From Octopus vulgaris (lineage: Eukaryota), in NCBI GenBank assembly GCA_951406725.2, contig OX597822.1, positions 434,001-498,000 on the forward strand: a DNA stretch of 64,000 nucleotides, given 5' to 3'. Both the position numbers and the translations under genes were made by a program. Of the stretch, positions 27,366 to 41,253 are shown piece by piece; within the stretch, counting starts at the first letter, position 1, and each line of letters opens with the position of its first letter. The notes under the pieces are model-generated. The model searched no databases. It was not told the origin of the DNA and saw only the letters and a program-made list of their open reading frames with translations.

Positions 27366-30300
27366 ATGTCAAGTATGCTTAAATTAGGTTGTGTGAATGC
27401 ACGTGGCTTGGCGTCGGCTTGGAAGCAAGGTTACCTTCTAAACGACATCAAGTCACTGAACGTGGATATAGTAGCTATCAGTGAAACCAGACTCAGTAAG
27501 CCGCAGGCCCTCGAGTCCATGTTTGGCAATCAATTTGACATTTATTTTTCTCCCTGTCTGCCGAACATGGGTGGTGGAGGTACCGCGGTGCTTTTTCGAA
27601 ATAGTCTAAAGGTAAAAGTAAGAGCAATATTCCTAGACCCGGAGGGTAGGCTGGTTGTCTTGGACGTGGATGGCAGAAATGGGTGTGCATTCCGTCTGAT
27701 GGCAGTTTATGCACCGTCCTGAACGGGTCGGGCGGATTTCTTCAGACGTCTAGAGGTTTTCCTGGGTACGTCTAGACCTTTACTGTTAGTAGGGGATTGG
27801 AACGCTACCTTGGACACGCATCTAGATTATGTGGGAAGGGATAGGAATAGAAGGGGGTGTAAGAGCCTCAAAGACCTGCTCAGACGTTTCCATTTGTCTG
27901 ACAAGTTCCGACTCGACCATCCGAACGTGCCAACGTGGACTTGGACAAACCGCGTCGGATCGTCGAGATCTTATCTAGATAGAATTCTATGCAGGACAGC
28001 GGATAGGGATAGTGTAGGATGTCCACAATTTAAAATAGTCAGCTACACAGATCACAAATTTGTTACGTGTACGCTCGACTTGGATAAAACACATCGGCAG
28101 GGTCCCGGTTACTGGAAACTGAACACGTCGCTGTTAGAGCGACAGGTTTACAGGAACCGGATTAGCGAGTTAATTAAGAGGGCGCTGACGGGAGCCGTCG
28201 TTAACAACCGCTGGTGGTACGCCCTGAAAATGGCAATAAAATCGGAATCAATTAGGTTTAGCAAGGAATTAGCGATAGAACGAAATAGAGTAGAGGGAGA
28301 CTTGGTTAAGAAACTAGAAGAGGCACTTACTACTGGCAGCGCAACCAACGTGTTGGCTGCGAGGTTGGCCCTCGACCAACACCTCAACGCCAAGCACGAA
28401 GGTTGCGTCGTCAGAGCTAAAATGCGTGCCTTAAGGAAGGAAGGGATCGAAGCTGCGCGAGAGGCCCGGGTAGCGGAGGCGCAGCGTGGCAACAGAGCCA
28501 CCATTCGGTCTCTAATAGATCAACAGGGATGCAGTTTACTCGAACCCGAAAGGATGTGTGAGGCCTTTCAACAGCACTTTGCTCGACTGTTTGGTGCGAG
28601 TGGTGGGTCGGAACGCGGGATGGATTTCAGTGCCTACCTGACCGACCTGCCGCGGCTCTCGGCAAGAGAAGCGGAGTGTTGTGAAAGTCCCATCACAGCC
28701 GCTGACGTGTGGGATGCGATGGCGGGCTGCGAGAGGGATAAGTCGCCTGGATTGGATGGTTTAACCTACGACCTGTATTGTCAAATGCCAGACTTGTTTG
28801 GCGACCTCTTGGCACCAGTCAACTGCAACTGGCAACAAAATGGGAGAATCCCCGGTTTCGTGAGCCGAGGTGCAGTGACGTTGCTGAAGAAAGACCCAAA
28901 CAAGGGGAATTTTATAGATAATTTCAGGCCCATCACTCTGCTCAACGCAGATTTGAAAATTTTGGCCAAAGTAATAGCCGAGAGGTTGGCGCTTGTCATT
29001 GGTAAACTGGTCGACAGGGCGCAAACATGCGCCGTGCCGGGCAGAACCATACATGACAACCTCCATCTGATGCGCTACATTGTGGACAGGGTAGTTAAGG
29101 ATCCTGGCATGGGTGGGGCGCTGATAAATTTGGATCAGTCTAAAGCCTTCGATAAGGTCGACCATCGGTACTTGGCGGCCGTCCTCAGGGCGGCTGCCTT
29201 CGGTCCCGTCTTCCGCGGTTGGATCGCTGCCTTGTATAGCGGCATCCGATCGGTGATTCAGGTGAACGGTCACCTGTCGAAACCGTTTGACATCACGCGT
29301 TCGGTCCGTCAGGGGTGTCCCCTGTCGGCGCTTCTGTATGTATTGACTCTCGAGCCGCTACTGCGGAAGCTGGCGACACTGAGGGGCATCCCACGGGAAC
29401 TGGGTTGCGGGACGAGCGTGTCGGCATATGCGGACGATGTCACCGTCATAGTGTCGAGCGACAAACATATCAAGATGATAGGCGAGACACTAAGAAAATA
29501 CGAAACGGTGACGGGAGCAAAGATTAACCCGGAAAAGTCAGTGGGTTTGCTACTCGGCACCTGGAGAAGCAAGCCCATGCCGTCCGACTGCGACTCAGTA
29601 GTGGGACGCTGGACGGACCGGTTAAATTGCTCGGGGTCTGGTTCAGTCCGGACCTCCAAATGGATAAGAACTGGGACGATATCACGAGTATAGTGGTCGC
29701 TCTCAGCCAAACATGGGCGGAGAGAAAGCTGTCTCTAAAAGGCCGGGCGGAGGCGGCGAACGCGTACATCGCATCCGTCATCGATTACCGCCTGACCGTC
29801 GTACCTTGTCCCGACGCCACCATCACCAAACTGGAACGCATACTCTTCCGCTTCCTGTGGAAGGGTGGCGTTCCGATGGTGAGGAAGTCCATTTGCTGTC
29901 AACATCCGTTGAATGGAGGACTGGGCATGCCATGGTTGTTGATGCGCAGGCATGCGCTGAGACTGCGACATCTCTGGAAATTCATCGACGACGGTGAACA
30001 GGTGTGGGCGCCGTTTGTGAGGCGCGACTTCCCGCAGCTCGTCTCACTGACCGAACTGCAAACGTGGATCAAAAAGAGACCGAAACTGGGCGATTGGCAC
30101 CGAGAGTGTCGCCAAGCTCTACAGCAGCTCTGCCGACCGGGGTCAAACTTGTGCAACTTACAAACGACTAAAGCGTTCTATAGAGGACTAGTGGAGGGGA
30201 GGTCCGGCGACACACTCGGGGCAAACCTGGGCGTCGACGAGGAATTCCTAACCCGCCTGTTCAGGACGACGTTCGGGCCGGGGCCTATGGATAACTTCCA

Positions 30301-30810
30301 GAAATCCCTGGCTTGGCAGTATAACGAGACGCACTACCTGTTCGAGAGAAGAGCTACAGACACGGTTCGAAAACCATCACCGGACCGACCTGCCCGAGAT
30401 GCGGTCAGAGCGACGAAACCGTTCTGCACGCACTCGTGCAGTGTCCAGATATTTCAGAGCTGTGGTCCTTCGTCGAACAGCTGTTGTCACGTGTAGGTCG
30501 GGCTCGCCTATCGGCCGAGTCTATCGTGAATATTGTTCCACCACCTTCCTTTAAACGGGAAGGGAAAACGGTTTTCGTTACGCTGATGGCTATGGCGAAA
30601 GAATGTGTGTGGTGGACGCGTTTGAAAGGACTGCAAACAAACACATTCCTTTCTGGTCAGTCTCTCGTCAACTTTTTCAAGTACCACTTGAAAAGGAGGA
30701 TGAGAATAGAGAGGAAGGCTTTGTCGAACGAATGTTTTAATAAAAAGTGGGTAAAAGTGGCAAAAATGGTCAGTATGAAAGACGACACTATTTTAAGCAT
30801 AAATCTGTAA
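27366..30810 (+). pseudogene. LINE ORF2: AP endonuclease, reverse transcriptase, C-terminal zinc finger
   Basis: NARGL, ISETR, GDWN, YLDRI, TDHK, YWKLN, KSPGLDG, FRPITLLNADLKI, DQSKAFD, RQGCPLS, AYADD, CPRCGQSDETVLHALVQC; nonsense at 27720, frameshifts near 29615 and 30322. Confidence 0.95.
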
Positions 30811-31094
30811 CCAAAAGAGACAACGAGAAGTAAGCCGACTTACTCATGTGTTCTTTTTCGAATTGTCTGAGGTGACCTTGGTCTTTTTTGTAGGTTTTTC
30901 TTTCCAAGGCTACACCTAAACTGTGAACCTTATATATATATATTGCTTTTTTATACACCACACAACCCACAGATCCCTATTGATCAAACGTTTTTTTTTG
31001 TACCCCACCCATCCCACCACGAAAAGAAAAAATTCTACATTGTATTTCGTCCATTTTTATTCTGTGTTTAGCCCTGTGTGGCTACAATAAAAAG

Positions 31095-31423
<329 letters not shown>

Positions 31424-31864
31424 AAAGATTTAACAAAAACACAGAAAACGGAAAAGCTATCAAAAACTTAACAAACGGAAAATTTGTAGCTAATTCCTCA
31501 TCAGTCAACGTCCAAAAGAAACGTACAATTTCGTGCCTTTTATTGTTTATATTGTTCACTTTTGGTGGTGCCATTATCAAAAAGCCACCGGCAATAGCTA
31601 ACGAACGTACAGGACAAAGACGAAAAGAAACATGACAAAATGAAATAATTATAATAATTGTACATATACAACAAAAAGCTGTGCGACTGCCATACATATT
31701 CATGAGATTTCATCTTCATCGCTGCTTCAGTTTCTCCTCTTTTACTAACATTCATTTATGCAATCTGAAATACATTCTGATACAGCTTGTTTTAAGAGAA
31801 ACTCTGTAGTTGCTGTCACCTTTTCTAAATAGCTTTATCTCTCTTTCACCTCTGTGTTTATATG

Positions 31865-31920
<56 letters not shown>

Positions 31921-31934
31921 TATTTGATAATTTT

Positions 31935-32305
31935 TGCTTGTCTCAGTCGTGAGAACTGAGGCAATGCTGGGGCACCGTCTTGAAGGACTTTGTCGATTGA
32001 ATTGTGCCCAACAGTTATTTTAAGTCTGCTAACTATTCTCTCTTCTCTTTTTACCAAGCTGCTAAGTTATGGCAACGCAAAGACGCCACCAGAGATAAAC
32101 CGAAGTACACACACGTACACTCAAAGATGCACACAGGTATTTTTATGCGATGTGTTTCCACACAGTTTCAACCAGCCGGACTCATTCACAAGGCATTGGT
32201 CAACCCAGGGATTTAGCGTAAGATACTTACCCATGGTGCTGTGTGGTGGGACTGAACTTGAAAGTATAGGGCTGCGAAGCGAATTTCTTAGTCTCACAAT
32301 CATAC
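31935..32305 (-). mobile_element. Diverged SINE family A
   Basis: atgctggggcaccg, gctaagtta.gg.aacg.aaa.ac.cca, ttcacaaggcattggtc and gtgggactgaac blocks are colinear with family A. Confidence 0.7.
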
Positions 32306-32672
32306 TTACGTGTCTAGTCACTGTTTGGACTTAAGAGATGAAAGCAAATTAAAACTATGCAGATACAAACAAACAAATGTAGAAAGACTGACAGCATAGT
32401 AATCTAATTCATGCAATCCTTACAAGCTGCTGGTATTTGTTTGATTGTCTGAACCGAACATGGGCCACAGTCAGTAGGGCAGGTCACAGTAATGGCAAAT
32501 CAGAATGAAAAATTTAATATACAAACGTCAATATCTCCAGAGGTACATTATCTAAAAACGCTAACTCTCATGATATCATGATGCTCAGCAACCAGAGTAA
32601 ATAAGATGGCAGATTAATCCATATAGATGAATCCAAACAGTAAATTCTGGCAGCAAAATGGTCGACTACTAG

Positions 32673-32902
32673 TGGTTTCAAATTTTGGCACACGGCCAGC
32701 AAGTTTGAGGGAAGGGGCTAGTCGGTTACATCGACCCCAGTGCTCAACTGGTACTCATTTTATCGACCCCAAAAGAAAAAAGAAAGGCAAAGTCGACCTT
32801 TCTAAGGTTCAAAGACGAATTCGAACTCAGAACGTTAAGATGGACGAAATGTCGCTAAGCATTTAGCCTGACATTCTAACGAATCTGTCGGGTCAGGGCC
32901 TC
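32673..32902 (-). mobile_element. SINE family D
   Basis: catcgaccccagtgctcaactggtact..aaaggcaaagtcgacc..cgaactcagaacgt. Confidence 0.82.
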
Positions 32903-33995
32903 AATCGATCCATAATATTGGCATTTGTCCCAGTTTGTCCAGGCAGTTGCTAACTGGCTAGAAGTCAGTCCCACACTCGAGCATTTTTGTAACTTTCAAT
33001 CATGGAAAAGAAGCACTTATTTCTGATGTTGGCAGACACATGAAGTTTCTCGTCTCGTCTCCATATACAGATGTCTTTGAGGCATCCTCTCAACTTCTCA
33101 TGACTAGCAGAGTTTACCTGAAATCACTAGAGAGTAAGACTGTAGCTCTACCCATGACATTAATGTTGCCGCTGGTACCCTGTAAAGTATGATTTAGAGT
33201 CTCAGATACAAATCTGTGAGACATTGTTCTCTAATCTCATACTTTCAGCTTAACCTGCTTCTGTAGCTCTGTTCGACCAGATCCTTTGCCTATGTTACAC
33301 ACTGGACTGTAATAGTGTGCAAGGTTGAGTTCGAGACAAAATATGCAATGATACAACCTGTATTTCAAGTTGCTGCAATTCTAGACGAGGCTACTGCAAT
33401 AGCTTGTTTTCTGTCATGCTGTCCTGATTATGACAAAGTTGCTGGGACTGGATTGTGAGCTGGCACAGAAAATGATAACAAGGAGGGTCTTAATCTTACT
33501 AATGCAAAGCAGTAGTCCCTTCCAAGGTACTTTTCCAGTTTACATTATGCTTTATACGGCATCTTCTTTGGCAAAGCAACTGTTTTAAGTTCCTCGAACA
33601 ATATTGGACCATGAATATTGTACAGAGGATGTTTGATATCTAAATACGTTATTAGAATTCTTAAAGTAAAAGTTATATCTTGAAAGAGTTAGTATGCGGT
33701 TTTGAATCTTAAGGAAGATAGAAAATAATTTCACTTTTACTCACATTTAAATTCATTTATATTGGCAATAAATCATATTTACTTAAAGAGCTCTACAAGT
33801 ATTTGTAACAAAACTGCGAGACAACACACATATAAGCACAATCACACATTCACGCACGTATATACCTACATATACATATATAAACAGTAATTATTGGAAA
33901 ATTCCTCGTTAACACATATCTCTAAGTCTCAGAATAATTTTAATTATTGAAATAAACAAAAGAAAAATCTAATCAAAACATGTCTGTTTTAAATT

Positions 33996-34381
33996 TTCAA
34001 GCAATTTTAATGAGGTAACGCTCAGTATCGAAGGAATTTTATATATCGCAGCAGTTTTAATATATATTGAAACAAGTTTATCTACCGCAACAATTTTAGG
34101 CATGGAAACAAATCTAGGTATCGAAGCAACTTTTAAAATCAAAGCAAATAATCAAGATTGAAGAAATTTACTGAAGCAACTTTTAAATATTGAAACAATT
34201 TTTAAATACTGAAGCACTTTTATGTATCATAGTAATTTTAATTATCGAAGCTGCTAATCAAGTTATAGCAACTTTAAACATAGAATCAGCATCAGTTATT
34301 GAGGCAATTAATCGGGATATAGCAACTTAATAAGTCGTAGAATCTTTAAGTATCAAAGTAGTTTTAAGTATAGAAGCAACT
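33996..34381. repeat. Degenerate ~18-20-bp minisatellite (approximately AAGTATCGAAGCAAYTTT)
   Basis: Roughly 20 diverged units such as gtatcgaagcaactttt, atattgaaacaatttt, gtatagaagcaact. Confidence 0.65.
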
Positions 34382-34689
34382 GTTTGTAAATGTTTTACAT
34401 TTCTCTGACTGAATGAGATGTTCAAAAATGGCGACCAACAAATTTCCACAACAGTGCAGTTTTTATTTTTTATTTTTCTTTTTCTGTCCCTGATGACTAT
34501 GTCGGGCGTTTTATGTTTGTATTTGGAGGGAGGGTTTGATAGGAATGTTTTGATTGTAACAGGAAGAGACAAGAATAGATAAAGAGACAGGAATAAATAA
34601 ATATATAAAAAATTAAAAAAGAAACAGTTGAAACCACGGACTGACTAGTAAAACAAGGGTTATATCGGATTCAGAAATAGAGGTCGTGG

Positions 34690-36548
34690 TGGTATGTGAT
34701 AATGTTGTTCGTAGTGGCCTCCGTATGGTGGTGGTGGTAATGACGACGATGATGATGACAATGATGAGGATGAGGATGATGATGATGATGATGAGGAGGA
34801 TGATACTGATGATGATGGTATGTTGTTAGTTTTGTTCTTGTTTTTGACGTTGTTGTTTGTGATAGTGGTGGTGGTACGGGTGTTGGTAGTGATGGGATGT
34901 AGTGAGAAATGCGATTTTAAAAGATATGAAGAAGATAGATGGGGAACGGGAAACCGAGCAGGAAGACGAGTTGGAAGACGATAGCAAAAAGGATGGATGT
35001 AAACCGATAGATGGAAATAATAGAGAGCTATGTAGGAGATGGGTAGGTAGGCAGATAGGTAGGGGTGTATATATGACCACAAACATGAAAATGAAAGTGA
35101 AAGTAAAAAAATAAACGTAGAAAACAAAAAAAGAAAAACAGTAAGAAAATAATTCTGAAAAAAAAATCGACCAAGCCAACAACCAACCAACCAACAAACC
35201 AATAAACAAGCAAAACAAACAAACTTTATTATATTTTCTGAGACAAGAATATTTGATGAAGAAAGGAGGAAGTAGAAATAAGAAAGAAAGAAAGAGAGAG
35301 AGAGAGAGAAAGGGGAGGGGGAGAGAGAAAGTATGATGTTTAGACAAATAAGAAACATGAAACGAGAAACAAGAAACATATTGATCGATAAGTAATGCAA
35401 ATAAATAACTATAAAGATGTAAGAGAGAGAGAGAGAGAGAGAGGGAGGAGTAATGGTAGGTATGGAGAGTAAGGGAAAAGTGACAGAGGTACGGTAGATA
35501 GATAGACAAATAGATATATTGAGAGGCAGAGAGTGAGTGAGTGAATGTGTCAGTGTAAAGGTGTATTTCTAAGGACGTATGTAAGGATGTATGTATGTGA
35601 GTGTGTGTGTGTGAGGATGTGCGTCTTTGTAAGGGAGTGTGTGTGTGTGTATGTGTGTGTGTGGGTGTGTGTGGCGTGTGTAATAGTGGTTTTGAGGAGA
35701 AGTAAGAGAGGATAAAATAAGGGAAGAATATGAGATGGAAAGTTTAAGAACAAGTTAAGAAGTGAGAAAGAGAGAAAGAAAAAAGCAAGTAGAAAGAAAA
35801 CATGATGCAAAAAAATTCATAAAAAGTACAAAAAATGACCCCCCCCCGCCAAAAAAACCTGAAGTTAATATGTAAATAAATAAATAAATAAACAAAAACT
35901 GAATGGCAGAAAGAAAGAAGAAAGAAAAGTAATGAAGGGCAGAAAAAGAAAGGAGATGAATGACAGTAAAGAAAGGAAGGAGGAATTGTTAGATTACTAT
36001 TATAATAAGAAAAGATAAGAAGTGGTTGTTAGAATTATACAATAAAACAGCAATGAAAAAATGACACACACTCACAACACATATACATACACATAACACA
36101 CATATACACGCAAGCACACACAAAATAATAATAATGAGCAATATAAAATGAGGTTGGGAAGTAAGGCAGAAGAGGGCGAAAATATGGAGGTAAAAGAAAA
36201 AGTAAGTGTAAGGAAAGAAAGAGAAGAGGAGAGGGGAGGGTAAAAGGATAAAGAAAACCGAGTGAAAAGAAATGAATGATTGATAATAATAAGACGGATA
36301 GAAGTAACTGGAAAAAGAACAAGAGATGGAGCAAAAATATGAAAGAAAAAGAAAAGAAACAAAACAAAAGATGAAGAAGATATAAAAGACGGCGAAAAAG
36401 AAGAAGGAGGAGGTAGAGGAAAAGAGAGAAAAAAAAGGAAAGGAAGTAAAATAAAATTGGAAAACTTGCAAAGAAATGTGAATTGCAATTGATTTGAAGA
36501 ATCGAATAACAAAGAAAAAGATAAAAAGCGAAAAATGAAGATAGATAT

Positions 36549-36598
<50 letters not shown>

Positions 36599-36750
36599 GC
36601 ATACATGCGCATACATATACAGATACATACACATATATTTTATATATATGCATATATCTAAATATGCGTGTATATACAAACATACATACATACGTACGTA
36701 CATATACACATATAACACTTAAGTACATACATACATACATACATACATAA

Positions 36751-36792
<42 letters not shown>

Positions 36793-36811
36793 TATACATA
36801 TACATACATAT

Positions 36812-36854
<43 letters not shown>

Positions 36855-36864
36855 CATACATACA

Positions 36865-36918
<54 letters not shown>

Positions 36919-37010
36919 CCACTATAGCAACAACTACAACAGCACCCACAGCAGTAACCACGACGACTACCACCCCTACTGCCATCACCACCACAACAAC
37001 AACAGCATGA
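34690..37010. repeat. Purine-rich low-complexity region with (GAT)n, (GA)n, (CA)n, (TA)n, (CATA)n
   Basis: Direct reading; the long ORFs here are compositional artefacts. Confidence 0.85.
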
Positions 37011-37398
37011 GTAAACAAGAAAACTACGACGAAGACAGCAGCAACGACAGCGATGAGGGCGGCGGCGATAAGAGAGAACGGAAATGGATTATTTGTTCCG
37101 GTCGCAAGCGCACGACACCGTCCGTCCAGTATAGGCGCCATGATAGATAGCGTCAGTGCTCTAGCTGGCCGCACTTTCTCGTCCATTATCTTCACAACAG
37201 AGGTGTATCAATTAAAATATGTTTTCTTTTCTCTATCTCTTCTGCGTATCCATCAACCAACTCTTTCCCCAGCCAAATCTTGTCTTGTCTTTCATTGTTT
37301 TTTGCCCTAAATTTTATTTATTTACACATTCATATCATCCCCCTCCTCCTCCTCCTCACCATCCTCCTCATCCTCATCAAATTATTACTATTATTATT

Positions 37399-37431
<33 letters not shown>

Positions 37432-37693
37432 ATTGTTATTATTATTATTATTATTATTATCGTCTTTGTTGCTATTGTTATTATTTCAGAGGTCAGAGTT
37501 ACATAGTTGTATAACTGTTGTTCTTTTTTGGATGTGGTTACTGTTGTGGTTGATGTTGTTGGTGGGGTTGGTGGGAGTCATAAGCTGTGGTTGTTGTTGA
37601 TACTATGATATGGTTTTAGTTGCTGCTGTTGTGGCCGGTAGTCGTATTGGTATGGTCAATAGTAGACCTATGATTTTTATCATTAATGTTAGA

Positions 37694-38340
37694 TCGGTGA
37701 GCTGGCAGAATCGTTAGCAGCATTTCGTCTATCTTTACGTTCCGAGTTCATATTTCGATGAGGTCGACTTTGCCTTTCATCCTTTCGTGATTGATAAAAT
37801 AAGTACTAGTTGAACTAGTCGACTAGTTAGTTCCCTCCCACTAAAAAAAAACAAAAAAAAAAAACAAGCCTTGTGTCTATAATAGAAAGGATTATTAATG
37901 TAATTGTTAAAGAGGTGTGCTGGAAGAACCGTTACTATGCCGAACAAAATGGTTAGCGGTATTTCGTCCGTTTAAGGCGGCGAGCTGGCAGAAACGTTAG
38001 CACGCCGGGCGAAATGCGTAGCCGTATTTCGTCTGCCGTAACGTTCTGGGTTCAAATTCCTCCGCGGTCGACTTTGGCTTTCATCCTTTCGGGATCGATT
38101 AAATAAGTACCAGTTACGCACTGGGGTCGATACAATCGACTTAATCCGTTTGTCTGTCCTTGTTTGTCCCTTCTGTGTTTAGCCCCTTGTGGGTAGTAAA
38201 GTAATAGGTATTTCATCCGTTTCCACGTTCTGAGTTCAAATGGTGCCGAGGTCGACTTTGTCTTTCATGCTTTTGTGGTCGGTAAAATAAGTAGCAGTTG
38301 AGTACAGAGGTAGATCTAATTAGTAGAAAGGATTATTAAT
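37694..38340 (+). mobile_element. Cluster of three family D SINEs, one (37975-38208) nested in another
   Basis: Repeated gagctggcagaa.cgttagc heads; TSD ggtatttc(g/a)tccgttt flanks the nested copy. Confidence 0.88.
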
Positions 38341-39015
38341 GTTATTGTCTTTTTGGGTGTAAGTTGGTTCTGGCAGAGCAGACCTATAATGAAAGACATT
38401 CCATTCATGACCACTATGTCCTTGATTCAGGCATTGCATATCTAGGACTATATAATCCAATGTATTCACCTCTTTTCTCAAGTTTTTTTTGTAGTTGTCA
38501 GTAGTGTTAGTATGGGTCCTGGTGCCGTTGCTGTCATTGTTGATGAGGATGATGATGGTGGTGATGGTGGTGATGAAGGTGATGATGATGATGATGATAA
38601 TGATGTTGTCCAGGTCACTTCTCTATGCATGGTGGAACTACTGTCCAGAAGCGATCCACGGATCCAGTTTTTCAGTATACTATATCTTCGTCAGTGGTTG
38701 GTACCATGATTCTGGTGGGTCTGATAAGATAAATGCTAGTAAGTGACATTCGTTTCGGTAGAGATCTTCCGTTGTTTATTGTAATCTTATTCTTACCGTT
38801 GGTGTTTGTTGTTGATTTTGCTGTAGTTGTTCTTATGATTATAACCCAAGGTCATCCTAATTGAGCAGCCCCACCGCATATAGTCGAGTGAGCATCTGAA
38901 CCAGATCTAAGCACTTTTTGTTCAAGTTCAAGATAAACCACGCTTTCATCGAACACACTATATCGAACACACGCACACACGAACGCGCGCACAAACACAC
39001 ACATGCACGCACGAG

Positions 39016-39055
<40 letters not shown>

Positions 39056-39418
39056 CACTGTTGAGCTGATGACAGCTATTAAGCCAGAAACATTTGACCA
39101 CGATTGTCCTCTTCTCTCCAGACAGTAGGCTTGTTCTTTTCCCCTCAATAGCATGTCAATTCTGAGGATTATTGGATCTTGAGATTATCTGCCCTTGTCG
39201 AGTGAATCTGCTCACAATTGCCATTTGGACATTATGACACATCCTCTAGAGGCGGAGATAATTTTAATAAATCAAGAATTTATGTTGTATGGTATTTAAT
39301 ATACCTCTAGTTTTCCATGTTATATACGTACGTACGTAAGCACATACATACATACATACATACATTCATACATACAGACATACATACATACATGCATACA
39401 GATATACATACATATATA

Positions 39419-39737
39419 CTGTTATTCTATCCAGATTACAAGTTTATGTTTATACCTGTAATTATTGGAGCACTGGGATATGTAACACTCTGCCTAAATA
39501 CCAATCTTGAGAAATTAAGGCTTCTTAAAACCAGAAAAGAGAAAGCTGATTCGAAGGCTACAGATCCAACCCATCACTGAAACTGTAGAAATCTGTAAAA
39601 CTTCCCTGAAGTTTATCATTTAAGTCTATATGAGCCTATCTAGATATGCAGCTATATGCATGAGAATATATACATAAAGCAAAACATAAAAATCTGCACA
39701 TATGCATACATACATACATACATACATACATACATAG

Positions 39738-39768
<31 letters not shown>

Positions 39769-39899
39769 CATACATACATACATGCATACAAAAATACCCT
39801 GTTGACGTTGTTGGAATTCCAATGAAGGAGCCTTGAATCTAGGTTTGAAACCGGTTCTTTTTTATCTGCAATAAATCTTGAAATAAAATTGAATAATGA
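39419..39899 (+). mobile_element. 5'-truncated RLE-type (R4/Dong-like) non-LTR element: C-terminus and 3' UTR
   Basis: YPDYKFMFIPVIIGALG..LIRRLQIQPITETVEICKT resembles the PIVIGALG..LQK..LGTxKI terminus of RLE elements; (CATA)n on both sides. Confidence 0.75.
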
Positions 39900-40007
39900 C
39901 ATACATAAATACATACTTACGTACATACACAGATATATCACCCTCTTTATCGTCGTCGCCGCCATCTTCCTCCTCCTCCTCCTCCTCCTCCTCCTCATCC
40001 TCATCAT

Positions 40008-40038
<31 letters not shown>

Positions 40039-40619
40039 GCCGTCCGTCATGCTCAGTAATACGTTACACGCTCTCAACGAGGCCCCCGTGCACTCTACTT
40101 CTGTACACTTGCTACTGTTTTTTAGCCCTTAGTCAGCTCTGATTGGGCGAATTTCTGATCAAAAAACATTCCGCCTGCGTCCATCCTGTTTTTTTTAAAG
40201 ATTATCTAGGATTACAATATTTAATCTTTCCTTCCTATTTTACTTTTATAGACACATGAGAGAGATTTGGCTGTTATATCTAGCAAGTCATATGGGACTC
40301 TCCTTGTTGATTCTTGTGGTGACACCTTTCGCCACTTCCTCTTTATCATCATCATCATCATCATCATCGTGAGAAACATTGGCATCATCGCTGTCGTCAT
40401 CGTTGCCTCCCCCTCCTCCTTATCATCATCATCATTATCATCATTACAACTAAAAGAATGAGTTAATTAGTTATTGCTAATATTTATAACATCTGTAATT
40501 AGGTTAATCCTAATTGTTATGATAGCTTTAGTTACATTAGTACTAGTGGTTATGTCAGTAATGTTAATGCTAATAATTATGATGTTTTTTCTTTTTTTTT
40601 TTTTTAAAGTTACGAAAAT

Positions 40620-40905
40620 GTGGAGGTGCAATGGCCCAGTGGTTAGGGCAGCAGACTCGCCGTCAGAAGATTGCGGTTTCGATTCCCAGACCGGGCGTTG
40701 TGTGTGTTTATTGAACGAAAACACCTAGGAGGTAGTGGCGACCCCTGTTGTACTCTTTCGCCACAGCTTTCTCTCTCTTCCTGTTTCTTTAGTAACGCTA
40801 CGATGGACTGGCGCCCCGTTCAGCCAGGGGGAACACATACGCCACAGAAACCGAGAAACCGGGCCCATGAGCCTGACTAAGCTTGAAAAGGGCGAAAAGA
40901 GGAGC
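40620..40905 (+). mobile_element. tRNA-derived SINE, family E (V-domain-like block)
   Basis: tggcccagtggttagggc A box, ggtttcgattccc B box, cgatggactggcgccccgttcag; TSD tacgaaaatg. Confidence 0.85.
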
Positions 40906-41039
40906 TACGAAAATGGTGACTGTTTTGATGTCTGTTTGTGCGATAGAACTAGTTCAATCCTGTTTGTAGTTGCGTGCTTTTTTATAACTCGGATGTCTCT
41001 TGTTAAAAATAAATAAAACATAGGATCAAAGATCCTTCT

Positions 41040-41253
41040 CGAACTATAAGCTCATAAGGCAGGTTTCCCCGATTCTGTGGCGTATTCCACGCTCAGACAC
41101 GACGCCGGTCCGTCGCAGGATTACTCAATTTTGCCAGCTGAGTGAACAGGAGCAATGCTCAAGAACACAATAGATCGCTCAGTCCAGGAATCGAAACCAC
41201 AATCTTACGATCAAGAGTGCAACACCCTGGCAACTAAGCCATGTCCCTCCACA
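41040..41253 (-). mobile_element. tRNA-derived SINE with a B-type head and E-type 3' end
   Basis: gtggagggacatggcttagttg..gatcgtaagattgtggtttcgattcc..ctgcgacggaccggcgtc..gaaacc.gcc.tatgagc. Confidence 0.75.

Noticed and set aside
28148-30156. Antisense ORFs within LINE ORF2
   Set aside because: Expected shadow ORFs of GC-rich coding sequence
33996-34381. Possible CRISPR-like array
   Set aside because: Eukaryotic context, degenerate tandem units without unique spacers, no cas genes
34660-36740. 200-250-aa F/L/S-rich minus-strand ORFs resembling membrane proteins
   Set aside because: Produced by purine-rich low-complexity DNA on the plus strand
36930-37300. Relatively GC-rich island with short ORFs
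   Set aside because: Half is trinucleotide low complexity; no domain or exon evidence
39815-39860. Hammerhead-like atgaagg..GAAACCGGT in the R4/Dong 3' UTR
   Set aside because: Core lacks C3 and A9, and no stem I could be formed
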